From an uncultured delta proteobacterium (GTDB lineage: Bacteria > Desulfobacterota > BSN033 > UBA1163), in assembly GCA_963708295.1 (NCBI GenBank), contig CAVPSJ010000015.1:192001-256000 (forward strand): a stretch of 64,000 nt of DNA. The letters run 5' to 3'. Position numbers and translations under genes: made by a program. Below, one piece after another: positions 30,111 to 42,323 of this stretch. A model generated the notes under the pieces. The model searched no databases. It was not told the DNA's origin and saw only the letters and a program-made list of their open reading frames with translations. How positions within the stretch are numbered: the first letter of the stretch is position 1; the number at the start of each line of letters is the position of its first letter.

Positions 30111-31158
30111 TTGAAACAAAGATTGCTAAAATTCATTCTCAGATTTCTGGTCGGTGTAGGTTTTCTGCGGGCTCTTCTATCCGTTGTTGAAAGATGGGAG
30201 CTGAAAACAGGGGCAAATCGGCGGCCAATCTTTCCCTTTGTAAAAAGACAGAGGAACCGCAAATTCGAAATTCTACGATACCATCGGGTGAATGATGAGA
30301 ACGATCCTATCTTCGGTGCTGTTCCCGTGAAGATGTTTCAAAAGCAAATGGAGATCTTAGCTGAGCATTTCAATGTGCTGCCATTGGAAGAATTAGTGGA
30401 GCGAACCCTCCATCGTGATATCCCGCCTGCGGCAATTGCAATTACATTTGACGATGGCTACCGGGATAATTATGAGAATTCCTTTCCCATCCTCAAACGG
30501 CTTGGCTTGCCAGCCACAATCTTTCTTGCCACAGGACCTTTGGAATCCGGCGTGTCCGCTTTGGCATGATTTGGTCTTTGAAGCCTTCCGAATTACCAAT
30601 GCTGAATTTGTTTCTGTTGATGGAAGGAACTATCCCTTAAGAACGGCTGTCCAAAAGGGTACTGCCTTGTTCGCTTTTCGGGAATATCTTCGGATGTATG
30701 ATTACCGGAGCTGGGGAAACCTTATTGAACAATTGATAGCCAGGTTAGGAGTACTTCCAGCTTCGATGAGCAACCGGGCGCAGAAATTGAGTTGGGATGA
30801 AATAAAGGAGATGTCGAAGAACGACATAACCTTCGGTGCCCATACGGTGACCCACCCTATTTTAACCCGAATGTCGTTGGCGGAGGCAGCGGAGGAGATT
30901 AAGGCTTCCAAGGAGGCAATCGAAGAGAAACTGAAATCTCCGGTCAGGGTTTTTGCATATCCGAACGGGAGGCAGGATGATTTTAATGAGTCGATAAAAC
31001 AAGTCCTTAAGGAGGCTGGTTTTCTGTGCGCCACGACCATCCTTTGGGGAACCAACAGTATCGATACGGATCCTTTCGAATTGCGACGGATAGGGATTTG
31101 GGATACGGATACGAACAGATACGCCTTAAAGCTGGGATGGTATAAGTTCGTTTCGTAG
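30111..31158 (+). CDS. Polysaccharide deacetylase, frameshift ~30555
   Basis: ILRYHRV, ITFDDGYRDN, FGAHTVTHPIL, FAYPNG. Confidence 0.88.
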
Positions 31159-31213
31159 GCCTGCTATTGTTACACTGCCAAATACATAGGGTAAACGATC
31201 CGAATTAACTGGT

Positions 31214-32679
31214 ATGGACCTTAATACTCAAGTCATCAAATCTACCGTATGGTACGTCGCGACACGGCTCTGGACACAGTTGCTCTCGTGGGCGGTAACT
31301 CTCGTTCTGGCACGACTTCTCACTCCAAAGGATTATGGTCTGTTTGCCATGTCATTGGCAGTTGTCGCATTTTTAGAGCTTTTTCAGGAGTTTGGATTGG
31401 GTGTTGCAATTATCCAGCGTCCAAGCATGACCAAACAACAGCTTAACACCATGTTCTGGATTGTTTCTACTGCAAGCCTCGCAATCGTAGTAGTGGCATT
31501 CCTTGGTGCCGGACTTGTTGCTACGTTTTACCGGGAGCCTCGCCTCGTTTGGATGGTCCGGATCCTCAGTTTGACTTTTCTGCTGAATTCCCTTGGAATG
31601 GTTCCTTATAATCTCCTTACGAAGGAGATTGATTTCAAGCACCGTTCTCTTGCAGAGGGCTTTGGCGTCGTCACATCAGCGGGTGTCGCCATTATTCTTG
31701 CTTATCTAAGCTACGGTGTTTGGGCTCTGGTATTGGGCCAGCTCGCCAAAGCGGTTGTCCGGAACATCTCAATGACCATCTTTTGCGGATGGTTTCCCGG
31801 CTTTGAGATTTCCCTTTCAGGGATGAAGGGAATTATGAAATTCGGCCTCCAAATTGCAGGAGCAAGTGGGATCTCAACGCTTTCTGAAGTGGCGAATACA
31901 TCGATCATCGGGCGATTCTTAGGAGGATCTAACCTGGGCTTTTATTCAATGGCTGAAAGTCTGGGAAAGAGCAATCCACTCCATAGGCTTTCAACAGCCG
32001 TGATCAACCAGCTATCTCTCCCCATCTTCTCCAGGCTTCAACACGATAGCCGAGCAGTTGCAGGAAATACTTCCTGAGAATAACGAAATACCTTGCAGTT
32101 ATTTCCCTTCCTTTGCAGATTGGAATGGCACTTGTCGCCAAAGACCTGATCCATGTGCTGCTTTCAGAGAAATGGCTTCCAATGGCGGGAATCCTTCAAA
32201 TCTTCTCCCTTGGCGGCGTTCTTTATATTCTCCCTCTTCCTTCAGCTCCGGTGTTAACCGCAAGGGGTAAGTCGGATACTCTGTTAAAGATTTTCAGGTA
32301 TATCAGCTTTTGTGATAATTATTGCCTTTTTCATAGGAAGTCAATTCGGGCTGAACGGAGTAGCCGTTAGTTGGATTATCGCTTTACCCAATACTTCAGA
32401 CTCTATTTGCTGTCACTGAGCCTGAGGGAATTAGGTCTCACAATGCGGGAATATGTAGAGAACATATCCTCCCCATTAATGGCGACTGTAGCAATGACCG
32501 TTATCGTCCTCCTATTGGGAATTGTCACTCCTGCGCATACCGGAGCTCTAGGCCGGTTGATTCTTGACGTGAGTGCGGGGGCTGCATCATACTTCATGGT
32601 TCTCTTTTTGATCGACAGGGAATTCGGTTCTGACGTAAAGTATATTACTCGGGAGCTGCTTTCAGTTTCTCGGTCGTAG
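31214..32679 (+). CDS. wzx: Wzx flippase (PST family), frameshifted
   Basis: LARLLTPKDYGLFA, multi-TM, YGVWALV.GQL. Confidence 0.85.
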
Positions 32680-32915
32680 CAGGATTTCGAGCACATGTTG
32701 CTGCTGATGCTCGATAGGATATTCATTTCAATGACACTGCGAGCCGGTTTAAAGGGAAGATGGTTGTCATAACGCTCGCGTGGATGGGCGCAGGAATAAT
32801 AATGGCCACACAAGAACATTGTTGTGGATTACCCATAGCAAGGTAAAGTTTGCTGGCCACTACGAAGAGATCTACATTAGCCCTGAGGCGGAAGTGACTA
32901 TTCAGAGGAATTTAG

Positions 32916-33963
32916 ATGATCTGTGATTTTGAAACCTACCATGGATCGCCCCCGAATAATTGGGACGAAATAGTACATCGATTAGGGGGATCCGTTTTCC
33001 ACAGTACGTTTTGGGCGGAATATCAGAGAAAGATCCAAAATGTTCAACCGATATTTATCCTGTCGCGTGATGAAAAGGGTGAAGAGTGTGCGGCAGCGGT
33101 GGCTCTTTTCAGGCAATCCCGGAGAAAAGTTGTTTCGTGGATTCTCCGAGATATTTCACTGACTGCCCATCCCTGCGTTCGGGATCAAGCAGGGGACACA
33201 GCTATCGAATTTATGCAAAGGTGCGAAGGGTTGGCGCAGGGCACTTAGATGTTCCCGTATGACCATTGAATCGTTCATGAGTGGCAGAAGCTCTTTTGTT
33301 CCATCCGAGTGTGGGTATTTGGAAACTGGGCGATTGGAGTTTTCTGTAAATCTCTCGGAAGATATAGATAGCCTTTGGGGGAATCTCGGCAAGGACCAGC
33401 GTGAGAAGATCAAACGCCTTAAACGAGAGGGTGTTGCAATTGAGATTGGAAATACATTGGAGGATCTTCAGGGGCTTCGGTCTGCTCGAGAAGCTACTCA
33501 AGCTAAGAGGTTCCTTCACGGACAGGGATATCAACTTTCCGGGGATGATAAATTCTATGAATCAATTCATGAATATCTTATTAAAAGAGGAGTTGCTACC
33601 CTTTTTGTAGCGAGACATAAAAGCGAGATAATTGCAGCACTCTTTTTCATGACTTTCAATAAAAAGGCATGTTCTGTCTTCAGTGGCAGCACGGATCTTG
33701 GTTATAAATTCGGCGCCCAGAGTGGACTTTTCTGGACAGCAGTGGAAACATTTAAATCTCAAGGATTTGAGGAATTGAATCGTGGCGGGGTTCCAGCTTC
33801 AGCTGTAAGTGAATCCGATCCCCTTCATGGCATTTATCTCTTTAAGCTACGTCTTGGAACCACAGCTCTACTGTGTCGATCTGGAGAAAAGGTTCTGAGC
33901 CCATTTGCGGACCGGTTGACCAGGCTTCGGAACAAGTTGCGAACTTTGAGAAAAACCACATAG
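32916..33963 (+). CDS. FemAB/GNAT-family protein, frameshift ~33240
   Basis: GSVFHSTFW, LNRGGVP, GIYLFKLRLG. Confidence 0.7.
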
Positions 33964-34017
33964 ACAGTTGTTTTAATGAAATCTCGGTAGGCGCTCGCAG
34001 AGTAATATATTTTCGAA

Positions 34018-35280
34018 ATGGGTTTCAATCTTCAGATCGAAATGACCCCTACGGAAAATTCGCTCATACTCATACCGTGTGCCCTTATTGCGTGCCGTAC
34101 TGGAACCGCGTCCACTTACCGGGCAATGATCAGGTGTTTTCTGAGGATGGAGGTTATTGATGGCCCGGATGTAGACCACTTAATGGAGCGCCTTAGGCAG
34201 ATTTTTCTCTGTGCCGGCCGTGATACCCTGTAGAAGTGGTAGAGTTGCAATCGAATTAGCACTTCGTGCTTCTGGCGTTTCCAAAGGGGACGAGGTTGCT
34301 GTTCCGACATTCTGCTGTACGAGCGTAATTCCTCCTATTTTACGATCTGTCGGAGCCATACCCGATTCTGACTGATCGTGGGCGAGGAATTAAGTCTGAC
34401 GTCCTGAGACGTTGACTGCTGCTCTTTCTTCTAAGACCAAGGCAGTGATTGTCCCTCATCTATTTGGAAACCTCCATAGAAATTAAGAAATTACGAAATT
34501 GTGGAGAGGTGTCGCTCACGATCGAGGGACATCGTCATAGGAAACGACGCGGCACGGAGCCTTTGGCGCGACGCTCGATGCGACGGCCGCTCGGCACTTT
34601 CGGAGATGCGGGCGTGGTGAGCTTCGGCAATGGTAAAGTCTGTTTCGGAACCGGAGGCGGAGTACTGGCTGTCCGGAAGACCCGATATCCTGGAGCGGGC
34701 TAGGCAGGTGAAGCTCAGTCCCGGGGTACTCCTTCTTACGAGGGGCACTCGACGGTTTGGTCGACACTTATCTGGAGGAGGTGGCGTCAATGGTCACTCC
34801 CATTGCAGGCTGTTATCTCGCGGGGTAACACGGCCCAGAAGTAAGGAGAGCCAACCATATCTCAAGGAGACAATGAGAAATCTGGATGCTGCTATTGCCC
34901 TAACACTTCTGGATACTCTGGAGAATAACATACACGCCAGACGCGAGGGTGTTTCCGGATACCGAGAGTTTTTGAAGGAGAACCCTCGATTGGCATTAGC
35001 ATCCCGCATAGCGTTGGATCCGCATGTTTGAGACAAGTGATTCGTCGTGACCATTCATAGCGCAGAGAGATGTCATTAAGACTTTACGGGGCAGGGGTTA
35101 TGAGGTTAGTGATAGCTATACGCCGCTTCAATCTGTTACCGGAGTATCGTAAAGTTGCTCGCTCTCCCTTGAAGGAATGCTGAGCGGACTTGGAATCAGC
35201 AATTTGTTCGAAGTTCCATGCGAGCCATCGGTTTCTTTGGATGAGGTGGCCAACATTTCTTCGATAGCTTCGTGAATGCA
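34018..35280 (+). pseudogene. DegT-family aminotransferase, heavily frameshifted (error-rich region); ends approximate
   Basis: Fragments DEVAVPTFCC, TKAVIVPHLFG and RPLGTFGDAGVVSFGNGKVCFGTGGGVL in different frames. Confidence 0.65.
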
Positions 35281-35297
35281 TTACGGTAGGAAAGAGT

Positions 35298-35950
35298 ATG
35301 ATAGCTAATGAAGAGCTGCTTCACACCGCCCGTGAAGTGTTCCGAAAAGAGGGCCTCTCTGCTGTCCTGAGAGAGGTGATGTGGAAGGTCATAGTTGTGG
35401 AGACCTATGTGGCTTATCGATTCGATCTCCGTAATCCTCTGCCAGATCTCATGGAGGAATCTCCTCTTTCTGGTCCGCCAAGTAACGGAGGATGAATTTA
35501 AGCGGTTCCGGTGATGCCGCCTCCTTTCCCGCGCCAGGCAGAGGTTCGTGAACAAGTTCGGACTTGATCAGTGTTACGTGGGGATTGTGGGGAGGTGAGA
35601 TTGCGTTTGTGGTCTGGATCTACTACCCACATGAAAGGGATCGAACTCCAACACGGTTTTGTCGACTGCGTAATGAGATGAGGTGGCTATCGCCAATGGT
35701 ATAACTCTCCCGCAGTTTAGAGGGAAGGGTGTGTACCCTCGAGTGATGCGGGCGCTTCTCGAAAAGGTTCGAAACGAGAGGTTACCGCTATTGCTATGGA
35801 TACATCGAAGTGGAAAAACTTGGCAGCACAAAGGGCAATTTCGAAAGTTAAGTTTGTAAAGGTTGGCAGGAGTTGGCGAATTCGATTGTTTTATCACTAT
35901 CGTAAAGATCCGGGCGCAGGAATTTATATCCAGGGTCGTCTGTCGCATCC
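35298..35950 (+). pseudogene. Probable GNAT-like protein, heavily frameshifted
   Basis: Fragments such as TLPQFRGKGVYPRV (acetyl-CoA-binding-like motif). Confidence 0.4.
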
Positions 35951-35960
35951 CTAAAATTAT

Positions 35961-37112
35961 ATGCGAAAACTTCGATTGGCTTTACATGATGCGCTGAATC
36001 TTTCCTATGGCCTGTTGTTTAGGCACTGAAAACTCACCTTGAAGGAGCAATGACCTGGCTGTGTCAGGCTCAGGACGCTACTGGCGGGCGCGGTGTTGCG
36101 CGGAGTTACTCGCTGCGATGGCAGAAAGATGCACAACCGGAGAGGTTGGCTCGGCGCATACCCGGAAACAACCGGATACATTATTCCGACCTTCTTCACT
36201 TTATGCGAATTTTGGTGGTGAGGAAATATACCGGGACCGGGCGATTCGAATGGCAGAATGGGAGGTCGAGGTACAGATGTCAAACGGTGCAGTGCAAGGA
36301 GGGACGATTGAATTTCCGCCCACCCCTGCCGTATTTAACACGGGACAAGTGCTCTTTGGTTGGTGCAGTGCTTACCAGGAGACTAAAGATGAGAAGTTTA
36401 TCACCGCGATACAAAAAGCGGCGGACTTCCTGCTGAAGGCCCAGGATTCCGATGGTGCCTGGCGCAATCATGGCTCCGAGTACGCTCGGAAGGGAGTAAA
36501 CTTATATGACGCTCGAACAGCCTGGGGATTGCTCGAAGCTTTTAAGATTACATGTGACGCACGTTATAGGGATTCTGCAAGCCATAACCTTGAGTTCGTA
36601 CTTTCACGACAGTAACGCGAATGGTTGGTTCCCGGACTGTTGCCTTGACGACAACAATAACCCGCTGCTTCACACCATTGCCTATACCATGGAAGGCTTA
36701 TTAGAAGCCGGAGTGATTCTAGAGGAATCCCGATACATAGAGGCTGCCCGTCGGGCTGCTGATGCTTTGCTTGGCAATCAGAAATCGGACGGGAGCTTAG
36801 CTGGGAGATTCAATGCCCAGTGGGCGCCGATCGGATATTGGAGTTGCCTCACAGGAGATGCTCAAACAGCTTTGGTGTGGTTTCGGCTTTTTCAATTGAC
36901 CGGGGATAGTAAATACCTGAACGCAGCTCGCCGCATGAATAGATATCTGATGGGTACCCAAAACCTTGCCGCAATGGATTCGGGTATACGCGGGGGGATA
37001 AAAGGATCTCACCCCATCTGGGGCGAGTATGCCCCCTATGAGTTCCCTGAATTGGGCTTCTAAATTCTTTGCCGACGCTCTCTTGCTGGAGTTGAAGGTT
37101 TCAAGTGGATAA
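35961..37112 (+). CDS. Prenyltransferase/squalene-oxidase-repeat (alpha/alpha barrel) protein of EPS loci, frameshifted
   Basis: FNTGQVLFG, QDSDGAW, LHTIAY, QKSDGSLAG, CLTGDAQ, GGIKGSHP. Confidence 0.65.
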
Positions 37113-38361
37113 TGGAACTGTGAAGCGAGTGCTCATGGTCGCATACCACTTTCCTCCTGAGGGAGGTGGCAGCGGGGTCTTACGAACGCTCAAATTCACC
37201 AAATACCTGCCTCGCCACGGCTGGATACCCCACGTTCTTACCCTCAAGCAGTCTTTTTACGTTGACAAGGACAATGGACTTCTGAGTGATGTTCCACCGG
37301 AGGCTGTTGTTCACAGGACTTTTGCCCTGGATAGCTCTCGGCATCTGGCCATAAGAGGGCGCTACCTGAGTCTTTTTTCCGTTCCTGATAGATTCGTTAG
37401 CTGGCTTCCCTTCGGTGTCCTGCGAGGGATGCGGTTGATCAGGAACGCAGGTATTGATGTTCTTTACTCTACAAGCCCACCGGCGACCGCCCACCTTATC
37501 GGCGGTGCGCTGAAAAGACTCACCGGCCTTCCATGGGTGGTTGATTTCAGGGATCCCTGGATTGAAGAGGGTTTCTTTCCAATCCGGGGAACGCTTCGTT
37601 ATCGAGTTGAGTCCTTTTTGGAACGCCATGTCGTCCACCGTGCTGATCGCTTGATTTTTACGACTCCATACCTCCGGAAAGATTTTCTGTCTCGGTATCC
37701 AAATCTTTCACCAGATAAGGCAGCGGTCATCTATAATGGCTACGACGAAGCTGATTTTCAGCATTTGGATGGCCAGGTTCAAAATGACCGATTCGAGATA
37801 ATCCACGCTGGCCTCGTAACTCCGGAGTTCCGTTCTCCATTCCCTCTGCTCAAGGCGATTGCCACCCTGGTGGCCGAAGGAAATTTACAGCCTGAAAAAA
37901 TCAGGATAACTTTCCTGGGTGGGGGACCTTATTTAGTCTCTAAGAGGTTTACTGATACCATAAAAGATCTCAGGCTTAACGGGGCCGTTGAGGTGGCTGA
38001 CCGAGTTTCTCATCGTCAAGCACTTCAGCGCCTGAGAAAGGCTGCTGTTCTTCTTCTCCTCCAGGCATCTGAGGATACCAGGTTCCTAATCCCTGCCAAG
38101 GCTTTTGAGTACCTCCGTATTGGGAGGCCGATCCTCGCTTTGACGCTCGAAGGTGCTACGGCAGATCTCTTCAAGGGAATGGACTACTGCTACGTTGTAA
38201 ATCCGATCGACGAGTCGCGCTTACGAAATGCTATAATGTCATTGTACAAGTCGTGGTGTGAATCACCCGATAGGATTCAAGTGTCTCCTTCGATTCAACG
38301 ATATGAGCGTAGCCTTCTTACTGCAGAACTGGCTCAACTCTTGGAGGAGGTTGTAGTCTGA
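37105..38361 (+). CDS. GT4 glycosyltransferase
   Basis: AYHFPP.GG.GVLR, STSPP, PWVVDFRDPW, PAKAFEYL. Confidence 0.88.
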   Translation: MDNGTVKRVLMVAYHFPPEGGGSGVLRTLKFTKYLPRHGWIPHVLTLKQSFYVDKDNGLLSDVPPEAVVHRTFALDSSRHLAIRGRYLSLFSVPDRFVSWLPFGVLRGMRLIRNAGIDVLYSTSPPATAHLIGGALKRLTGLPWVVDFRDPWIEEGFFPIRGTLRYRVESFLERHVVHRADRLIFTTPYLRKDFLSRYPNLSPDKAAVIYNGYDEADFQHLDGQVQNDRFEIIHAGLVTPEFRSPFPLLKAIATLVAEGNLQPEKIRITFLGGGPYLVSKRFTDTIKDLRLNGAVEVADRVSHRQALQRLRKAAVLLLLQASEDTRFLIPAKAFEYLRIGRPILALTLEGATADLFKGMDYCYVVNPIDESRLRNAIMSLYKSWCESPDRIQVSPSIQRYERSLLTAELAQLLEEVVV

Positions 38362-38453
38362 TTCACTGCTGTCCAAATTAGGCGGAATTTCTTGAAGGCT
38401 GGGTTGATTTCATTGGGCTTTGGGATTGATATGAGCCCCTTTTCAAGGCCAGG

Positions 38454-38715
38454 TTTCACCGCAGAGCCGCAGAGACCGCTGAGGAAGATTTCTTCTGCTC
38501 CAATCGGCCACCGGCTCAGAGAGCCTATGGCTCGGAGAGGAGACGGCGATTGGAGCAGAAACTCCATCCCGCGGGGAATAAGATGGGACTCTGTTTGCGG
38601 CTATGGCACATGATATAAGCCTTGTACTGAAGGGACAGAAACCTTTTTGTTTGGCGGCCTCTCACCGCCAAACAAAAAATATCTACTCTGCGTCCTCTGC
38701 GCCTTTGCGGTGAAA
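38454..38715. mobile_element. ~260 bp non-coding MITE-like element, copy 1
   Basis: TTTCACCGCAGAG ... CTTTGCGGTGAAA TIRs; internal hairpin TTTTTGTTTGGCGG/CCGCCAAACAAAAA; a degenerate second copy lies at 61743. Confidence 0.75.
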
Positions 38716-38808
38716 ATTCTATTTTGGACAAGAATGAGTCTGATTACACAATTTTCTTACAAAGGGATTTGTTTACCCAATACCACAAAATCTTAACCAC
38801 GTAGACTT

Positions 38809-40130
38809 ATGCCCATACGAGACATTCTCCTCACAGTTGTTGTTTTCGGCTTGCTTCCTATCTGTTTATTAAGGCCATGGATCGGCGTACTGGTATGGTC
38901 GTGGATTGGCTATATGAACCCACACCGCTTGGCCTGGGGTTTTGCCCGTAATATCCCCTTCGCCTTTATGGTGGCGATTGCAGTAATGTTTGGTTTTCTC
39001 TTTACGAAAGACCGGTACTCGTTACCTCGAACAAGGGAAGTATTCCTCCTCTTACTCCTCTGGGCAACGTTCTTTCTCTCAACGCTATTTGCTGTCTATC
39101 CTGAAGATGCTTGGGAGCAACTGAACAAAGTTTCGAAAATCTTGCTCATGACATTTATGACGCTTCTGTTGTTCCAAGACCAGAAGAAAGTCACAATGCT
39201 TCTCTGGGTCATCGCTCTCTCTATCGGATTCTTTGGCCTGAAGGGAGGGATTTGGGGTGTACTTACCGGTGGTCAAAATATGGTCCTCGGTCCACCGGAT
39301 TCGTTTATTGCAGGCAATACAGAGATTGGTCTTGCTCTGAATATGGTGTTGCCTATCCTTCTTTTCCTTAGACGTGAAACAAGCCGACGATGGCTGAGAC
39401 ATGTCTTGTTGGCGATGTTTGTGTTTTCCATCATTGCTATCCTGATTACTTATTCCCGGGGAGCACTTCTCGGGTTAGCTGCTGTTCTTTCTGTTCTTTT
39501 TTTAAAGAGCAGAGGTAAAGTGATTGTCTTGCTGATTCTATGTATGGGTTTTCTTCTTGCCACAATCAGTCTCTTCCGGAAAAATGGTTTGGAAGGATGG
39601 AGACTATAAAGACTTACGAACAAGATCGATCAGCGATGGGACGCTTGAGAGCATGGGAGATGGCATGGAATCTGGCCTTAGACCGGCCTCTCCTGGGCGC
39701 AGGGTTCCGAGCGTTCCAACCGGAAATGTATAAACAGTACCTTCCGGAATTTCCAGAATCGAGCAGAGATGCGCACAGTATCTTCTTTCAGGTTTTAGCT
39801 GAACATGGGTTTACAGGAATCATACTCTACATCATGCTCATATTGTCCACCTTTCTGAGCTTGAGACAGTTGATTCGAAAGTCTCGCAGGAAACCGTCAC
39901 TTCAATGGATTTCCAGCTATGCACAGATGCTGGAGGCGAGTCTAATAGGATTCGTGGTAAGTGGAATGTTTCTTAGTCTGTCGTACTTTGACCTCTTTTT
40001 TCACCTCATCGCAATTGTGATTATCCTCAAACAACTTACCCGGGCTGAGGAACAAAAGCTCAATCTCGGGTTATTAAAAAACCGGGCTACCCGTGTTTCC
40101 GAGAGTTTGGCACAGAATGCTACAAGTTGA
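38809..40130 (+). CDS. Putative O-glycosylation ligase, exosortase A-associated (O-antigen ligase family), frameshift ~39560
   Basis: WIGYMNPHRLAWG, TYSRGALLG, SAMGRLRAW, AHSIFFQVLAEHG. Confidence 0.88.
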
Positions 40131-40148
40131 TCTTTGGCTTGGAGAAGA

Positions 40149-40894
40149 ATGAAAACTTTTGAAGAAGAGTGGAAAAGAAGGTTCGAGAGCTTTGCCCGAG
40201 ACTACGAGGTTGACCACCTCATCTCCGGATGGTCAGACAATGGACTTAAGCAACGGCTTGCCTATGTTTAAACAGCTAATGAGAGGGCAAAAACTCCCTG
40301 TTCCAGCACAAATTTTAGACCTCGGCTGTGGAGCCGGAAACTATGTCCGCTTCCTCGCTGATATTGGACACAGGGTCGTTGGCCTTGACTACTCGCTCCC
40401 GAGCCTGCGTCGGGCGTCTGGCTGCGGACTCGAGAACAGATCTGGGCATTATGTCGGAGGAGATGCCTATCGCTTACCGTTTTGCAGTGAATATTTTGAT
40501 TTAGTGATCTCAATCGGTGTTCTTCAGGCTTTAGGGAGCCCTGAGCGAGCCTTGGATGAGATGGTTCGAGTCCTCCGCCCGAAGGGGCTTCTTGTGATCG
40601 AGTTTCTCAATGCTTTTGAAGTTCGCTGCATTGGTGAGATCTGCGGTTGAAAAGCTGAGTGATAGGTTACCCAGAATCCACACTTATTCGTCTTTCGATG
40701 TTCAGCGTTGGCTCCTTAAGCGGGGCGTAAGATTCATTCAACGAACAGGAATCTATCTTCCCCCGCGGAGGATTCCATGGTTAGGTTGGATATTCAACGT
40801 GAAAGGTCTTGTTCGTTTATTGGAGGGTATTCCGGGCGTCTCCCTTGTGAGTGCTCATGCTTTTTTGTTTATCGGAAAGAAAGAAGGTGAGTGA
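40149..40894 (+). CDS. Class I SAM-dependent methyltransferase, frameshifted
   Basis: ILDLGCGAG, GDAYRLPF, EMVRVLRPKG. Confidence 0.82.
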
Positions 40895-40942
40895 CCGCAC
40901 GTCGGGCTGCAAGTTGTTCGTAAAACAGTTCATTTTCGTGCC

Positions 40943-42289
40943 TTATTGAATTGGGAGATTTCGTGGTGCGGCGGATGGAGCCGTATCAATTGAAATCCTT
41001 GGAGGTCTTGCATACCCGCCACCGACCAAATGGTCAAGGGTTTGCAAAGTTCTTTCAAACGCCCCTACGTCTGCCGGGCTGTCTCTTTGTACCCCCATAA
41101 AATCATCCGGGGGACGCCATGGCTCGATACCGTAACCCGAAGCATTGAGCAAGAGACTATCGGACGAGGGCCAGAGATCATAAGGAGGAGTTACCGCATT
41201 TACGAAGCAGGATGCACCGGTGCTGCAGGTAATATTGCGAACCATAGTTCCTGGGGGTAGGGAAGGGCGCAGCGCAGGAGTTCCAGTCTTGGGAAGAAAT
41301 GCATTGAAAGCGATAACATTGCCACTTCCTGCTTGCCAGGCGGAGACATTGATCCCCGAATCATCATTGTTGATAAGGGTATTATGGACGATCCAGACAT
41401 TTTTCTGCAGGTTACGTTCACCGTAATTCTGGACGCTGATCCCGCCATAGGCATTGCCAATGAGCGCATTGTTACGCACAATAGCCGGACCGCCGCCGAT
41501 CACAATACCTCCTTCCGTCTTAGAACCTTCGACATAGTTTCCCTCTAAGATGCTGGGTGGATCCTTTCGATTCGACCCGTAGACCATTATGCCAGGACCT
41601 TTGGTACGGTAAATAGTATTGTCTCGTACAGTTCCATGGGAATTGAGTTTGATCTCAATACCGTAGCCGATGGCAGAGGGGGCAAAAGGTGTTGTGATGC
41701 CATCGATAAGGTTTCCATCGATTAAGAGATCAGTTGCGCGACAGGTGTTTCCATCATGACAACCAAAATAGAGGCCGGTGTATTTGAGATCCTTGAAAGT
41801 GTTTTGGCGAACGGTAATGCGATGGGTGTCGCCATCGTTGGCGGAAATCGAGACACCTCCAATGCCTTTGAAAAGATTTTTCTCAATGATAATGTCATTG
41901 GCTTTCCGAATCCTTATTGCGTCAACCCCGTCTTGAGTTGGGGCAAACGAGAACCCTCGTATTGTAAGATAAGCAGCATCTCGAAGTTCAAGGACATTGG
42001 AGGTCGAGCCCGGATACGCAAAAGTTGCGCGCCGATCGGGTTCTTCGCTTTGAGAGCGCACCATGATCGGAGAGCCGGGAAGGCCTTTTGCAGTTATCCA
42101 GCAGGGTGTAGAATAGAAGCCTGGAGTAAATACGATTTCGTCTCCAGGAGCGGCATTGTTAATTATATCACACCAGGGATTAGATGGGTTAACTGAAAGG
42201 GATGCCGCTGGAATAGCCTTCGTGAAGGTGCAAGCAGCAAGGAAACAACAAAAAAGAAAGCTAATACCAAATCTCTGTAAACGTGTCAT
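40943..42289 (-). CDS. Exported right-handed parallel beta-helix protein
   Basis: Signal peptide, APGDEIVF, repeated I..N.I strands, DVGAFE. Confidence 0.8.
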   Translation of the reverse strand: MTRLQRFGISFLFCCFLAACTFTKAIPAASLSVNPSNPWCDIINNAAPGDEIVFTPGFYSTPCWITAKGLPGSPIMVRSQSEEPDRRATFAYPGSTSNVLELRDAAYLTIRGFSFAPTQDGVDAIRIRKANDIIIEKNLFKGIGGVSISANDGDTHRITVRQNTFKDLKYTGLYFGCHDGNTCRATDLLIDGNLIDGITTPFAPSAIGYGIEIKLNSHGTVRDNTIYRTKGPGIMVYGSNRKDPPSILEGNYVEGSKTEGGIVIGGGPAIVRNNALIGNAYGGISVQNYGERNLQKNVWIVHNTLINNDDSGINVSAWQAGSGNVIAFNAFLPKTGTPALRPSLPPGTMVRNITCSTGASCFVNAVTPPYDLWPSSDSLLLNASGYGIEPWRPPDDFMGVQRDSPADVGAFERTLQTLDHLVGGGYARPPRISIDTAPSAAPRNLPIQ

Positions 42290-42323
42290 ATTTGGACCGC
42301 TAAAACCTTGGCACCCACCAACC

